Origin: an uncultured Pseudomonadota bacterium
GTDB taxonomy: Bacteria > Pseudomonadota > Alphaproteobacteria > Rhizobiales > Xanthobacteraceae
Assembly (NCBI GenBank): GCA_963837965.1
Contig: CAWIPY010000004.1
Span: forward strand, 175,335-239,334
Direction: 5' to 3'
Length of the DNA: 64,000 bases
Positions 30,543 to 40,796 of this stretch are shown here, piece by piece. Below the pieces are notes generated by a model. It was given only the letters and a program-made list of their open reading frames with translations, made no database searches and had not been told where the DNA came from. Both the position numbers and the translations under genes were made by a program. The first letter of the stretch is position 1, and the number at the start of each line of letters is the position of its first letter.

Positions 30543-31121
30543 ATGGCGCCGCCGCGGCATGAGACGGAAAAATTATCGGTCCTCGTCGCGGCGGAACGCG
30601 ATGCCCAGGTCGACCTGCTGTTGCGCGAATTGCGGCGAAGCGCCAGCCACGTCATTCACCTGTTTCCGGTGACGGACCGGCTGCCGGCCGAGCACGACAT
30701 CATCCTGGCCGATATCAGTCTCCCATTGTCGGATCAGTTGCCTTGGGTGCCCGGCGAGGCCACCGCCGCGCTGATCCTTCTCCTTCCCGAAAACGGCCAG
30801 CACTCGCTGAAAAAGCTGCGCGCTTGCTGTCCGGACGCGGTGCTCCACCGTCCGTTCCAGCCGAGCGCGATCCTGACGAGCCTGGTGATCGCGCGCAGCC
30901 AGTTCCAGTTCATCCGGCGGCTGCGCAGCCGAATCGCGCGTCTCGACGAGAACATCAAGGCGATTCGCGACATAGAGCGCGCCAAATTGATCGTTATGGA
31001 CATGCGCCGGATCGGCGAAGACGAAGCCTACGCATATTTGCGCAGCCAGGCCATGGAGCGACGCACGACCGTCGCCTCCTTCGCCTCCCATCTTGTTGAC
31101 TCCCACCAACTGCTCGGTTAG
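30543..31121 (+). CDS. amiR: AmiR-type ANTAR antiterminator (pseudo-receiver + ANTAR)
   Basis: C-terminal IERAKLIVM...EDEAYAYLRSQAMERR ANTAR motif. Confidence 0.88.
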   Translation: MAPPRHETEKLSVLVAAERDAQVDLLLRELRRSASHVIHLFPVTDRLPAEHDIILADISLPLSDQLPWVPGEATAALILLLPENGQHSLKKLRACCPDAVLHRPFQPSAILTSLVIARSQFQFIRRLRSRIARLDENIKAIRDIERAKLIVMDMRRIGEDEAYAYLRSQAMERRTTVASFASHLVDSHQLLG

Positions 31122-31150
31122 CTTTCTGTTCGCTGCCCACGCTGGCGGCC

Positions 31151-31233
31151 GCGGCAACAGCGCCGCCTACATCGAAACAGGCATCAAAGCCTCACAACGA
31201 ACCGCCCGTTCGTCGTGGGGCTTTTTGTTTTTT
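31151..31233 (+). promoter_or_regulatory. ANTAR dual-hairpin leader overlapping an intrinsic terminator (site 1)
   Basis: P1 GCGGC-AACAGC-GCCGC; P2 AGGC-ATCAAA-GCCT; terminator AAAGCCTCAC...GTGGGGCTTT plus T tract. Confidence 0.8.
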
Positions 31234-31252
31234 GTTCTGGGAGAACACGAAC

Positions 31253-32506
31253 ATGAGCATAAAGAGGCGTGACTTCCTGAAGGCAACGGCTGCGGCTGGC
31301 GCTGCCGCTTCTTTCGGATTCCCTCACATCTGGATCAAGAACGCCGATCTCGCGCACGCGGCCGGCGGCGAGATCAAGGTTGGCGTACTGTACTCATTGA
31401 CCGGCACCACGGCGATCATCGAGACGTCGCTGAATCAGGCCTGCCTGATGGCGATCGAAGAGATCAACGCCGCCGGTGGCATCAACGGCATGAAGCTGAA
31501 GCCGGTCGTGGAGGATCCCGCCTCCGATCCGGCCACCTTCGCGCAGAAAGCCCGCAAACTCGTCCTCGGCGACAAGTGCGTCAGCGTGTTCGGCTCCTAC
31601 ACCTCGGCGAGCCGCAAGGCCGTGCTGCCGGTCTTCGAGAAGTACCACAATCTCTATTGGTATCCGACCCTCTACGAGGGCCGCGAATGCTCGATGAACG
31701 TGATCTACACGGGCGCAGTGCCCAACCAGCAGCAGCAGGATTTCGTCCCCTGGCTGATGAAGAACTTCGGCAAGAAGTTCTATCTGATCGGGTCGAACTA
31801 CATCTATCCGAAGGAAGAGAACAACGTCTGTAAGATCCTGCTCAAGCGGCTGGGCGGCGAAGTGGTCGGCGAGGAATACGTGCCGCTCGGTCATTCCGAG
31901 TTCAGCTCCGTGATCCAGAAATTCAAGGACACCAAGCCGAACGTCATCTTCTCAACCGTGGTGGGCGACTCCGTGGTGGCGCTGCACCGCCAGTACAAGG
32001 CGGCGGGTCTCGATCCGGCCAAGATGCCGATGGCGAGCCTGACCACGTCGGAAGAGGAAATCGCGGCGATGGGCGGCGAGTTCGCCACCGGGCACTTCAC
32101 CTCGGCGCCGTACTTCATGTCGTACGACTCGCCGGAAAATCACAAGTTCGTCGAGGCCTTCAAGAAGAAATACGGCAAGGACAAGGTGACGAACTTCGTC
32201 TCCGAGCCCGCCTATTTCCAGGTCTACCTGTTCAAACAGGCGGTCGAGAAGCTCGGCGGCAAGAATCTCACCCCGCCCGAAATCCGCAAGGCGGCTTGGG
32301 GTCAGCAATTCAAGGCCCCGCAAGGCCTGGTGAAGATCGACCCGGATAACTCGCATACCTACCTCTGGCCGAAGATCGGCGAGGCCCAGTCGAACGGCCA
32401 GTTCAAGATCATCGAACAGGTCAAGGAATGGGTCGAGCCCAAGCCTTACTGGGCCTATCAGGGGCAGGTCTGCACGCCGACCGGCCTTAAGATGACCAAG
32501 TCATAA
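31253..32506 (+). CDS. urtA: Urea/amide ABC substrate-binding protein, Tat signal
   Basis: MSIKRRDFLK, SLTGTTAIIE, GSYTSASRKAVLP and YPTLYEG motifs. Confidence 0.88.
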   Translation: MSIKRRDFLKATAAAGAAASFGFPHIWIKNADLAHAAGGEIKVGVLYSLTGTTAIIETSLNQACLMAIEEINAAGGINGMKLKPVVEDPASDPATFAQKARKLVLGDKCVSVFGSYTSASRKAVLPVFEKYHNLYWYPTLYEGRECSMNVIYTGAVPNQQQQDFVPWLMKNFGKKFYLIGSNYIYPKEENNVCKILLKRLGGEVVGEEYVPLGHSEFSSVIQKFKDTKPNVIFSTVVGDSVVALHRQYKAAGLDPAKMPMASLTTSEEEIAAMGGEFATGHFTSAPYFMSYDSPENHKFVEAFKKKYGKDKVTNFVSEPAYFQVYLFKQAVEKLGGKNLTPPEIRKAAWGQQFKAPQGLVKIDPDNSHTYLWPKIGEAQSNGQFKIIEQVKEWVEPKPYWAYQGQVCTPTGLKMTKS

Positions 32507-32645
32507 GGCGTCGCAAGGAAGCGCCGAAGTGGCGCAATCCCGCACCTTCGCGATGAAGGTGCGCCGGGCGGGTGCAGGACCTCTTCTGCTGCACCCGCCC
32601 TGGCCCGGGCGCACTTAAAGAACACGTGCCGACGCGGAGCGTTGA

Positions 32646-33518
32646 ATGGCAGATACCCTGAATCAGATCTTCACCGGGCTCAGTATCGCTTCAATCCTTC
32701 TTCTGGTGTCCCTCGGACTTGCCATCATTTACGGCACGATGGGGGTGATCAATCTCGCCCACGGCGAGTTTGTCATGCTCGGCGCCTATTCGGTCTGGTT
32801 TTTGCAGACGATCTTTGGGCTCGATCTTTTGATCTGCGTGGTAATTGCCTTCTTCATGGTTGCCGCAGTCGGTTGGCTTATCGAACGCCTGATCGTCCAG
32901 CATCTCTACAAACGGCCGCTCGATACCATTCTGGCCACATGGGGCGTCGGCGTGATCCTGCAGCAGAGCATCCGGCTCAGCGCAGGTGCCAAGCTGCGCT
33001 ACATAAAGATGCCTGACTGGCTGACCAAAGCTGTGCCTGTATTCGGCGTCGACGTGTCGGCCTACCGGATTTTCATCTTCGCGCTGACGGTCGCGCTGCT
33101 GGCATTCACCTTTTTCCTCATCACCCGCACGCGCTATGGCTTCCGTCTGCGGGCGGTGACGCAGAACGCCGAGGTGGCGCGCTGCTTCGGCATCAACGCT
33201 TCGCGCGTCTATGGGCTCACCTTCGCCTATGGCGCCGGGCTTGCCGGTGTCGCGGGCGCGCTGATCGGTCCGCTGAAGAGCGTTTCGCCCGACATGGGCA
33301 CCAGTGTCGTGGTCGACGCCTTCATGGTGGTGGTGGTCGGCGGCGTATCGAGCCTGCTCGGAACAGTCGCCAGCGCCGGCCTGCTCGGCGAAATGTCGGG
33401 GCTTCTGGCCTATCTCTACAACGACACGCTGGCCAAGGCGCTGGTCTTCTTCGCCGTCGTTATCCTGATCCGGTTCAGGCCGGAAGGCATGTTCACCGTG
33501 CGCGTGCGGCGAGGCTGA
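32646..33518 (+). CDS. urtB: Urea/amide ABC permease
   Basis: GVINLAHGEF, PLDTILATWGV and DAFMVVVVGG motifs. Confidence 0.88.
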   Translation: MADTLNQIFTGLSIASILLLVSLGLAIIYGTMGVINLAHGEFVMLGAYSVWFLQTIFGLDLLICVVIAFFMVAAVGWLIERLIVQHLYKRPLDTILATWGVGVILQQSIRLSAGAKLRYIKMPDWLTKAVPVFGVDVSAYRIFIFALTVALLAFTFFLITRTRYGFRLRAVTQNAEVARCFGINASRVYGLTFAYGAGLAGVAGALIGPLKSVSPDMGTSVVVDAFMVVVVGGVSSLLGTVASAGLLGEMSGLLAYLYNDTLAKALVFFAVVILIRFRPEGMFTVRVRRG

Positions 33519-33521
33519 CCG

Positions 33522-34673
33522 ATGAGTTCATCCAATTACGCGCGCTGGCGGCTGGCGGGCTACCTGCTGTTCTGCGTCCTCATCCTGATCTTTCCGCTGG
33601 TTCTCAACAACGACTACCTGCTCAACAAGTACATGCGCTACCTGGTATTCGGGATTCTGTCGGCGGCGCTGTCCTTTTCGTGGGGCTACACGGGCATCCT
33701 CAATCTCGGCCAGGCAGTGAGTTTCGGGCTCGGCTCCTACGCCATGGCGATGGCGCTCAAGCTGCGTACCATCCCGATCCAGACCGGCGCCAAGGGGCTG
33801 CCGGACTTCATGGTCTGGAACAACGTCAAGACGCTGCCGTGGTTCTGGGAGCCGTTCCATTCCTACGCCTTCGCCATATTCGCCGGCATGGCGGTGCCCA
33901 TGCTGCTCGCCATGCTGCTCGGCTGGTTCATGTTCCGCGGCCGCATTACCGGCGTCTTCGTCGCCATCATCACGCTTGCAATGCTGGTCGTGGTGAACCT
34001 GCTGATCATCGACCAGCAGAAATACACAGGCGGGTTCAACGGCATCACCGACCTCACCACGTTGAAGGTGTTCGGCGTCGCATTCGACGCCTACAGCTCC
34101 AACACCTACTACCTGATTGCAGGCACGCTCTGCGTCGTTCTGCTCGGCGGCCTTGCCATTACCCAGACGAAGACTGGACTGATCTTGCAGGCGATCCGCG
34201 ACGACGAAAACCGCGTTCGCTATTTCGGCTACGACGTCGGCGCTTATCAGATCTTCGCCTTCACCGTGTCCGCCGGCGTCGCCGGTTTTGCCGGCATGCT
34301 CTACACGCTGGTGATGGAATTCGCCTCGCCGACCTTCCTTGCCGTTCCCTTGAGCCTTTCCATCGTGATCTGGTGCGCGGTCGGCGGCCGCAGCTCGCTC
34401 GTCGGTGCCGCCCTCGGCGCCATTCTGGTCACCGGCGTGCAGGGCAATCTGTCTGAATCACCGACCTTTCTCGACACCTGGATGCTGGTCATGGGCGCCA
34501 TTTTCATCGCCGTGGTGCTGTTCCTGCCGAAAGGCCTGATCAGCCTGATCGACATCGGCGCCGAGGCCCTCAATCGCCGGCGGAATCCTTCAGGCGACAG
34601 CCAGTCGAAGCGGCCGGGGACGAAAATCGGCGACGTCGCGCTGCAACGCTCCGACCGCGTGCGAAAGGGCTAA
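33522..34673 (+). CDS. urtC: Urea/amide ABC permease
   Basis: WGYTGILNLGQ, LPDFMVWN...LPWFW and AIRDDENRVRYFGY motifs. Confidence 0.88.
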   Translation: MSSSNYARWRLAGYLLFCVLILIFPLVLNNDYLLNKYMRYLVFGILSAALSFSWGYTGILNLGQAVSFGLGSYAMAMALKLRTIPIQTGAKGLPDFMVWNNVKTLPWFWEPFHSYAFAIFAGMAVPMLLAMLLGWFMFRGRITGVFVAIITLAMLVVVNLLIIDQQKYTGGFNGITDLTTLKVFGVAFDAYSSNTYYLIAGTLCVVLLGGLAITQTKTGLILQAIRDDENRVRYFGYDVGAYQIFAFTVSAGVAGFAGMLYTLVMEFASPTFLAVPLSLSIVIWCAVGGRSSLVGAALGAILVTGVQGNLSESPTFLDTWMLVMGAIFIAVVLFLPKGLISLIDIGAEALNRRRNPSGDSQSKRPGTKIGDVALQRSDRVRKG

Positions 34674-34674
34674 C

Positions 34675-35427
34675 ATGGCGGCTCTTCTCGAAATGCGCGA
34701 CGTGCATGTCAGCTTCAGCGGCTTTCGCGCCGTGTCCGGCCTCGACCTTACCGTCGAACAGGGCGAACTGCGCTGCCTTATCGGCCCGAACGGCGCCGGC
34801 AAGACCACGGCGCTCGACGCCATCTGCGGCAAGGCGAGGGCCGCCGCCGGCGAGATTCTCTACCGCAGCCACAACATCACGCGCTGGCAGGAATACCTCA
34901 TCGCCCGCCTCGGAATTGGCCGCAAGTTTCAAGTGCCGAGCGTGTTCAAGGATTTGACCGTTCGCGAGAACCTGCGCGTCGCCTACTGCAAGCAGCGCGG
35001 AGTCTTCCCGAACCTCGTTCGGGGCCACAATGGCGACAGCGTCGATGGCCTGGAGAAGCTCGCCGAGCTCGTCGGTCTCAAGGACGAACTGCACCGGCCG
35101 GCGCGCCGGCTCTCGCACGGCCAGACGCAATGGCTGGAAACGGCTTTGCTGTTGGCTCAGGACGCCGATCTCATCCTGATGGACGAGCCGACCGCGGGCA
35201 TGACCAGCGCGGAGACCCACAAGACCGCCGAACTGTTCAACCGGTTGAAAGGCCGCCACACCCTCATCGTGGTCGAGCACGACATGGGTTTCGTCAAGGA
35301 GATCGGCGACACCATTTCGGTGATGCATCAGGGACGCATCCTCGCCGAAGGCAAGATCGCCGACATCGAGCAGAACCCGGAAGTGAAACGCGCCTATCTC
35401 GGGTCGGGAGGGATTTCCGGTGCTTGA
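34675..35427 (+). CDS. urtD: Urea/amide ABC ATPase
   Basis: GPNGAGKT, GRKFQVP, LSHGQTQW and DEPTAGM motifs. Confidence 0.9.
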   Translation: MAALLEMRDVHVSFSGFRAVSGLDLTVEQGELRCLIGPNGAGKTTALDAICGKARAAAGEILYRSHNITRWQEYLIARLGIGRKFQVPSVFKDLTVRENLRVAYCKQRGVFPNLVRGHNGDSVDGLEKLAELVGLKDELHRPARRLSHGQTQWLETALLLAQDADLILMDEPTAGMTSAETHKTAELFNRLKGRHTLIVVEHDMGFVKEIGDTISVMHQGRILAEGKIADIEQNPEVKRAYLGSGGISGA

Positions 35428-36115
35428 ACTGATCGACGTCGACGCCTTCTACGGCAACAGCCGCGCACTGCAGGGCGTCAGCATGCAGATCCGCGAAAAG
35501 GAGTTGCTGAGCGTCCTGGGCCGCAACGGCGTCGGCAAGACCACACTGCTGCGCACCATCATCGGCTTGATGGACCGGACGACCGGCGCGTTGCGCCTCG
35601 ACGATCAGGACATCGCGCGCGTGCCCACTGACGAACGCGCCAAGATCGGTATCGCCTATGTGCCGCAAGGGCGGGGCATTCTCCCGAAATTCACCGTTCG
35701 CGAGAATCTCTATCTCGGCCTGTTCGCACGCAAGATCCAGACCACGGTCATCGACGATTTCGTTTTCGAGTTGTTTCCGATGCTCAAGGAGCATCTGGGC
35801 CGGCTCGGCGGAAACCTGTCGGGCGGTCAGCAGCAACAGCTCGCTATCGCCCGCGCCCTGCTGACGGAGCCGAAGATCGTTCTTCTCGACGAGCCGACCG
35901 AAGGCATTCAGCCGAGCATCGTGGAGGAGATCGAGGCCGTCATCTTGAAGCTCAATCGAGAGCACGGCATTGCCGTGGTCCTGGTCGAGCAGAACGTGGC
36001 GTTTGCCCGCCGCGCCTCGCAGCGCTTCGTCATCATGGAGCGCGGCACGATCGCCGCTCAGGGCGACATCGGCGAGCTGAGCGACTCCCTTGTCCACAAA
36101 CACATGACGGTTTGA
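35420..36115 (+). CDS. urtE: Urea/amide ABC ATPase
   Basis: GRNGVGKT, LSGGQQQQ and DEPTEGIQP motifs; GTG start. Confidence 0.9.
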   Translation: MLELIDVDAFYGNSRALQGVSMQIREKELLSVLGRNGVGKTTLLRTIIGLMDRTTGALRLDDQDIARVPTDERAKIGIAYVPQGRGILPKFTVRENLYLGLFARKIQTTVIDDFVFELFPMLKEHLGRLGGNLSGGQQQQLAIARALLTEPKIVLLDEPTEGIQPSIVEEIEAVILKLNREHGIAVVLVEQNVAFARRASQRFVIMERGTIAAQGDIGELSDSLVHKHMTV

Positions 36116-36154
36116 TCCACAGCGCACGCGAGTCCACGAACCAAGGAGAGAGCT

Positions 36155-37192
36155 ATGCTTCACGGCGACATTTCGAGCAGTAACGACACCGTCGGCGTCG
36201 CGGTCGTCAACTACAAGATGCCGCGCATGCACACCAAGAAGGAGGTCCTGGCCAACGCCCAGAACATCGCCGACATGCTGGTCGGCATGAAGACGGGCTT
36301 GCCGGGCATGGATCTGGTCATATTCCCGGAATACAGCACGCACGGGATCATGTACGACCAGAAGGAAATGTACGAAACCGCCTCCAGCGTGCCGGGCGAA
36401 GAGACCGATATCTTCGCCGCCGCCTGCCGCAAGGCCAAGGTCTGGGGCGTGTTCTCGCTGACCGGCGAGCGCCATGAAGACCATCCCAACAAGGCGCCTT
36501 ACAACACCCTCATCCTGATGAACGACAAGGGCGAGATCGTTCAGAAATACCGCAAGATCATGCCGTGGGTGCCGATCGAAGGATGGTATCCCGGCAACTG
36601 CACCTATGTTTCCGAAGGGCCGAAAGGCCTCAAGGTCAGCCTGATCATCTGCGACGACGGCAATTATCCGGAAATCTGGCGCGATTGCGCCATGAAGGGC
36701 GCCGAGCTCATCGTTCGCTGCCAGGGTTACATGTATCCGGCGAAGGACCAGCAGGTGATCATGGCGAAAGCCATGGCCTGGGCCAACAACTGCTATGTGG
36801 CGGTGGCCAATGCCGCAGGGTTCGACGGCGTCTACTCTTATTTCGGCCATTCGGCGATCATCGGCTTCGACGGCCGTACCCTCGGCGAATGCGGCGAAGA
36901 GGACATGGGGATCCAGTACGCGCAGCTCTCCAAGTCGCTGATCCGCGATGCGCGCCGCAACATGCAGTCGGAGAACCACTTGTTCAAGCTGGTGCATCGC
37001 GGCTACACGGGCATGATTAACTCCGGTGAGAGCCCGCGCGGCGTGGCGGCATGCCCATACGACTTCTACCAGCGCTGGATCACCGATCCGGAGGGGACCC
37101 GCGAAAGCGTCGAGGCCCTGACCCGCGCCACAGTGGGCACCGACGAATGCCCGATCGAGGGTATTCCCAACAAGGCGGCCACCCACCGCTAG
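36155..37192 (+). CDS. amiE: Aliphatic amidase (nitrilase superfamily)
   Basis: [24 protein letters not shown] start like Pseudomonas AmiE; PEYS, YRK and ICDD catalytic motifs. Confidence 0.97.
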   Translation: MLHGDISSSNDTVGVAVVNYKMPRMHTKKEVLANAQNIADMLVGMKTGLPGMDLVIFPEYSTHGIMYDQKEMYETASSVPGEETDIFAAACRKAKVWGVFSLTGERHEDHPNKAPYNTLILMNDKGEIVQKYRKIMPWVPIEGWYPGNCTYVSEGPKGLKVSLIICDDGNYPEIWRDCAMKGAELIVRCQGYMYPAKDQQVIMAKAMAWANNCYVAVANAAGFDGVYSYFGHSAIIGFDGRTLGECGEEDMGIQYAQLSKSLIRDARRNMQSENHLFKLVHRGYTGMINSGESPRGVAACPYDFYQRWITDPEGTRESVEALTRATVGTDECPIEGIPNKAATHR

Positions 37193-37282
37193 CCGCCGTC
37201 CGCGCCCAGAAGCGAGCCGCCGGCAGGCGTTTTGCAAACTGCCGCGCGGTCCACTCGAGGACCGCGCGGCCACTCTCTGCCT

Positions 37283-38116
37283 ATGGAGTATGCGTTGACC
37301 TCGCCGAATAAGAAGCCGCCGGCCCTCGACGAATTTTATATTCGCGAGGAGCCCTATTACCGCGCCCATGGCGACGAGGTCGCCCTGTTCGAGGCGGCCT
37401 ATGCCAACCGAATCCCGGTCATGCTGAAAGGTCCGACCGGCGTCGGCAAGACCCGCTTCATGGAGCATATGGCGTGGCGACTGAAACGGCCGCTGATTAC
37501 GGTTGCCTGCCACGAGGACATGACCGCTTCCGATCTGGTCGGCCGTTTTCTGCTCGATGCGGAAGGCACCGTGTGGCACGACGGACCGCTGACGCTTGCC
37601 GTCCGCTACGGCGCGATCTGCTATCTCGACGAGGTTGTCGAGGCGCGCCAGGATACCACCGTGGTCATCCATCCGCTGACCGACGACCGCCGGGTGCTGC
37701 CCATCGAGAAACGCAACGAACTCATCCACGCGCATCCCGATTTCGGCCTCGTGGTTTCCTACAATCCGGGCTATCAGAGCGTTCTCAAGGACCTGAAGGA
37801 ATCGACCAAGCAGCGCTTCATCGCCCTCGACTTCTCCTATCCGGATTCCCAATTGGAAGCCGAGATCGTCGCGCACGAGGCCGGGGTTTCCCGCGCCGAG
37901 GCGGAGCGCCTGGTGACGATCGGTCAACGCTCGCGCAACCTGAAGGGCCACGGGCTCGACGAGGGCGCCTCGACCCGCATGTTGATCCATGCCGGCCGCC
38001 TGATGCAGAAGGGCGTCACGTTGCAAAGCGCCTGCACGACCGCCATGGTGTTGCCGATCACTGACGATCCCGATCTCAGAGAGGCGCTGAACGAGGCCAT
38101 CGCCGCGTGCCTTTGA
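37283..38116 (+). CDS. CbbQ/NirQ/NorQ-family AAA+ ATPase
   Basis: [34 protein letters not shown] and EGASTR motifs. Confidence 0.93.
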   Translation: MEYALTSPNKKPPALDEFYIREEPYYRAHGDEVALFEAAYANRIPVMLKGPTGVGKTRFMEHMAWRLKRPLITVACHEDMTASDLVGRFLLDAEGTVWHDGPLTLAVRYGAICYLDEVVEARQDTTVVIHPLTDDRRVLPIEKRNELIHAHPDFGLVVSYNPGYQSVLKDLKESTKQRFIALDFSYPDSQLEAEIVAHEAGVSRAEAERLVTIGQRSRNLKGHGLDEGASTRMLIHAGRLMQKGVTLQSACTTAMVLPITDDPDLREALNEAIAACL

Positions 38117-38129
38117 GGGAGGCAGCCCA

Positions 38130-40412
38130 ATGACCGGCGCCGATGCGCTTATTCAAGACTTGTTGGAACGCTCGCGCATTTCGGGCCTGATCGGTCCAAC
38201 ATCGTGGAACACCGTCCAGCGCGCGTTTCCCGGCCTCGCCTTCGAGCGCTGGGTCGACGTCATGGAAAGCCTGATCGACGGCGGCCTCGGCTCGACGACG
38301 GTGCTGAATTTCGTGCAGGCGAGCCCATCGGTTGCACGGCTGATGGGGATCGAGGCGGCACTCACCGTCGGCAAGACAGCCCGGCAAGTTGCCGCCTGCG
38401 CCGGTGGCCAGGCGGCGGCCGCGCTCATTGCCGCCTCGACGCGCGCTGCCGGTCAGGCCAGCGACGAAGCGACGTTTCGTACCTGGCTGGAGATGTTGGC
38501 TGCCGTCGCCGAGCAGGCGCCGGCAGCCGTCCCCGCGCTGCTGCACCGCACGGAACTCGTTCTTTCCGTGCTTGGCCCCGATGCTCTGCGTTCCTGGATT
38601 CTCGTCGGCTTGCGGCTGACCGCCGGTCAGCCGGAGCGAAGCCTTGCCTATTTCTCGCTGGCCGACGCGGACTCCTTGCGGCTGTTCGAGCACGAGGCCG
38701 GCAATGTCGTGCTGGCGACGGTGGAGCGGCGGCTGCGTCATTATCTATCGGCGCTGTGGGGCATCAGGCCGTTCATCCGCGCCACCGGCCAGCGGACGGC
38801 GGTCAAACCGGTGCGGCGCGCGACTTTCGACGGCTTCGTGATCCGGATGCCCGATCACTTTCCCGGCTTTTCCGGACAACAGGCGACCCGTCTCTTCCAT
38901 GCAGCCGTCGCCCATATAGGCGCGCACATGGTGTTCACGCCGCAGCGCTTTCCGGTACGCAGCCTGAAACCGCTGCAGGTGGCGTTGATTTCCCTGATCG
39001 AGGATGCCCGTATCGAAGCGCTGGCCGGCCGCCGGTTCCCCGGGCTGACGCGGCTTTGGCGCACATTCCACGTGGCCGAACCGGAGGGGCCCCTTCTCGC
39101 CCTTCCCCTGATGGCGCGTTTGTCGCGGGCGCTGATCGATCCCGATTACGAGGATCCCGACCCGTGGGTGCGCAAGGGCCGCGCCATGTTCAACGATGCA
39201 CAATCGAACTGGGAAGACCAGGCGATCAGCCGCGAGATCGGCGGCCTGCTCGGCAACGATCTCGGCCAGATGCGCGTTCAGTTCAACCCGAAGACCTACG
39301 TGGTCGAGCCCGCCTATCGTGACGACAACCTCGGCATCTGGGACATGGGTCAGCCGGACGCGCCGCCGTCGGAAGAAACGGACGTCATCGAGCAGGGTGT
39401 GCGCATCAACCGGACCGAAGAGGAGCCCGAGCCGGAGCAGCGCTCGCGCACCGAGCAGGACGAGGCCGGCAATGCGCGCGCGGTGCAGTTGCGCCCAATG
39501 GAAGAGGACACCGGCATTCCGGTCGCCCGCTACGGCGAATGGGACTATGTCACCGGGAGCGAACGGCTCGACTGGGTCACCGTGCAGGAGTTCGAGCCGC
39601 GCGCGGCGCCCGCGCGCATCATCGATCGGGTCCTCGCCGAACATGCCGACGCGCTTTATCGCATTCGCCGCCTGATCAAGTCGGCGCGGGTGAGCCGTCC
39701 GTCGCGGCTGCGCCGCCAGCCGGAAGGCGAGCGCCTCGACCTTCAGGCCTCGATCCAGGCGACGATCGATCGCCGCGCCGGCATCACGCCGGACACGCGG
39801 GTCTACGAGACCATGGAGCTGAAGCACCGCGATCTGTCGGTGATGCTGCTTCTCGATATTTCCGAATCGACAAAGGATACGATCCGCGGCTCCAGCACCA
39901 GCGTGTTCTCCATCGAGATCGCGGCCACGGCGCTCGTCGCAGAGGCCATGACCGGCCTCGGCGATCCCTTTGCCATCAGCGCCTTCTGCTCCAACGGACG
40001 CGAGGAAGTGCGCTACTATCGCGTCAAGGATTTCGAGGCGAGTTACGGCGAGCAGAGCCGGTCGAGGCTCGCCGGTCTGCGCGGCGGCCTGTCGACCCGC
40101 ATGGGCGCTGCGCTGCGGCACGCCGGCCATGAGCTGGCGCAGCAGCAGACCTTCCGCCGGCTGCTGCTGATCGTCACCGACGGCGAGCCCTCCGATACCG
40201 ATGTGAGCGACCGGCGTTACCTCGTGGAAGACGCGCGCAAGGCCGTGCAATCGCTCGCGCATGAGGGCATCGACGTGTTCTGTGTCGGCCTCGACAGCGG
40301 CGGCGACAGCTATCTCACGCGCATCTTCGGCCGGCGCAACGTCATCCAGATCGACAAGGTGACCGCTCTGCCTGAAAAATTGCCGATGCTCTATCTGCGG
40401 CTCGCCGCTTGA
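38130..40412 (+). CDS. NorD/CbbO-type VWA-domain protein
   Basis: EWDY, LLLDISES (MIDAS), STRMGAALRHA and VTDGEP motifs. Confidence 0.9.
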   Translation: MTGADALIQDLLERSRISGLIGPTSWNTVQRAFPGLAFERWVDVMESLIDGGLGSTTVLNFVQASPSVARLMGIEAALTVGKTARQVAACAGGQAAAALIAASTRAAGQASDEATFRTWLEMLAAVAEQAPAAVPALLHRTELVLSVLGPDALRSWILVGLRLTAGQPERSLAYFSLADADSLRLFEHEAGNVVLATVERRLRHYLSALWGIRPFIRATGQRTAVKPVRRATFDGFVIRMPDHFPGFSGQQATRLFHAAVAHIGAHMVFTPQRFPVRSLKPLQVALISLIEDARIEALAGRRFPGLTRLWRTFHVAEPEGPLLALPLMARLSRALIDPDYEDPDPWVRKGRAMFNDAQSNWEDQAISREIGGLLGNDLGQMRVQFNPKTYVVEPAYRDDNLGIWDMGQPDAPPSEETDVIEQGVRINRTEEEPEPEQRSRTEQDEAGNARAVQLRPMEEDTGIPVARYGEWDYVTGSERLDWVTVQEFEPRAAPARIIDRVLAEHADALYRIRRLIKSARVSRPSRLRRQPEGERLDLQASIQATIDRRAGITPDTRVYETMELKHRDLSVMLLLDISESTKDTIRGSSTSVFSIEIAATALVAEAMTGLGDPFAISAFCSNGREEVRYYRVKDFEASYGEQSRSRLAGLRGGLSTRMGAALRHAGHELAQQQTFRRLLLIVTDGEPSDTDVSDRRYLVEDARKAVQSLAHEGIDVFCVGLDSGGDSYLTRIFGRRNVIQIDKVTALPEKLPMLYLRLAA

Positions 40413-40534
40413 GCGGCAGGCGGCGGTTATCAGAAGTTGTGCTGCGCCCGCAAAGGCAACGCGGTGCTCTTTGCCTATTCAGCGATCAGAGTGGCTGGGA
40501 GACGCGCAAGGATATGTCCGAACGGAAAGAGATA

Positions 40535-40563
40535 TTGACAGATTATCGACGTGCCATTAGCCT
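40535..40563 (+). promoter_or_regulatory. Sigma70 promoter
   Basis: TTGACA-N17-TAGCCT, 30 bp upstream of ANTAR site 2. Confidence 0.7.
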
Positions 40564-40593
40564 TCAAGCACGCTCGATTGAATAGTCGAGTTG

Positions 40594-40666
40594 GTGGCAA
40601 CGGCGCCACGCCAATCTAAGGCATCAACGCCTCACGCACGATCGTCGGTCGTGGAGGCGTTTTTTT
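40594..40666 (+). promoter_or_regulatory. ANTAR dual-hairpin leader overlapping an intrinsic terminator (site 2)
   Basis: P1 GTGGC-AACGGC-GCCAC; P2 AGGC-ATCAAC-GCCT; terminator AACGCCTC...GAGGCGTT plus T tract. Confidence 0.85.
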
Positions 40667-40796
40667 ATTTCCGTCCCAGGACCGATTCTCACGTGAGGCG
40701 ACCCCGTTCTGCGGGAAAGGCCCGCAGGCGCAACGCGTCTTGCTGCGTGCGTGCGAGTGGCACGCGCAGGCAGCCAATCGGTAAAAGGGGCAATCC

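Noticed and set aside
37283-40412. Denitrification (nor) or Rubisco activase operon
   Set aside because: No norCB, nirS or cbbLS genes in the window
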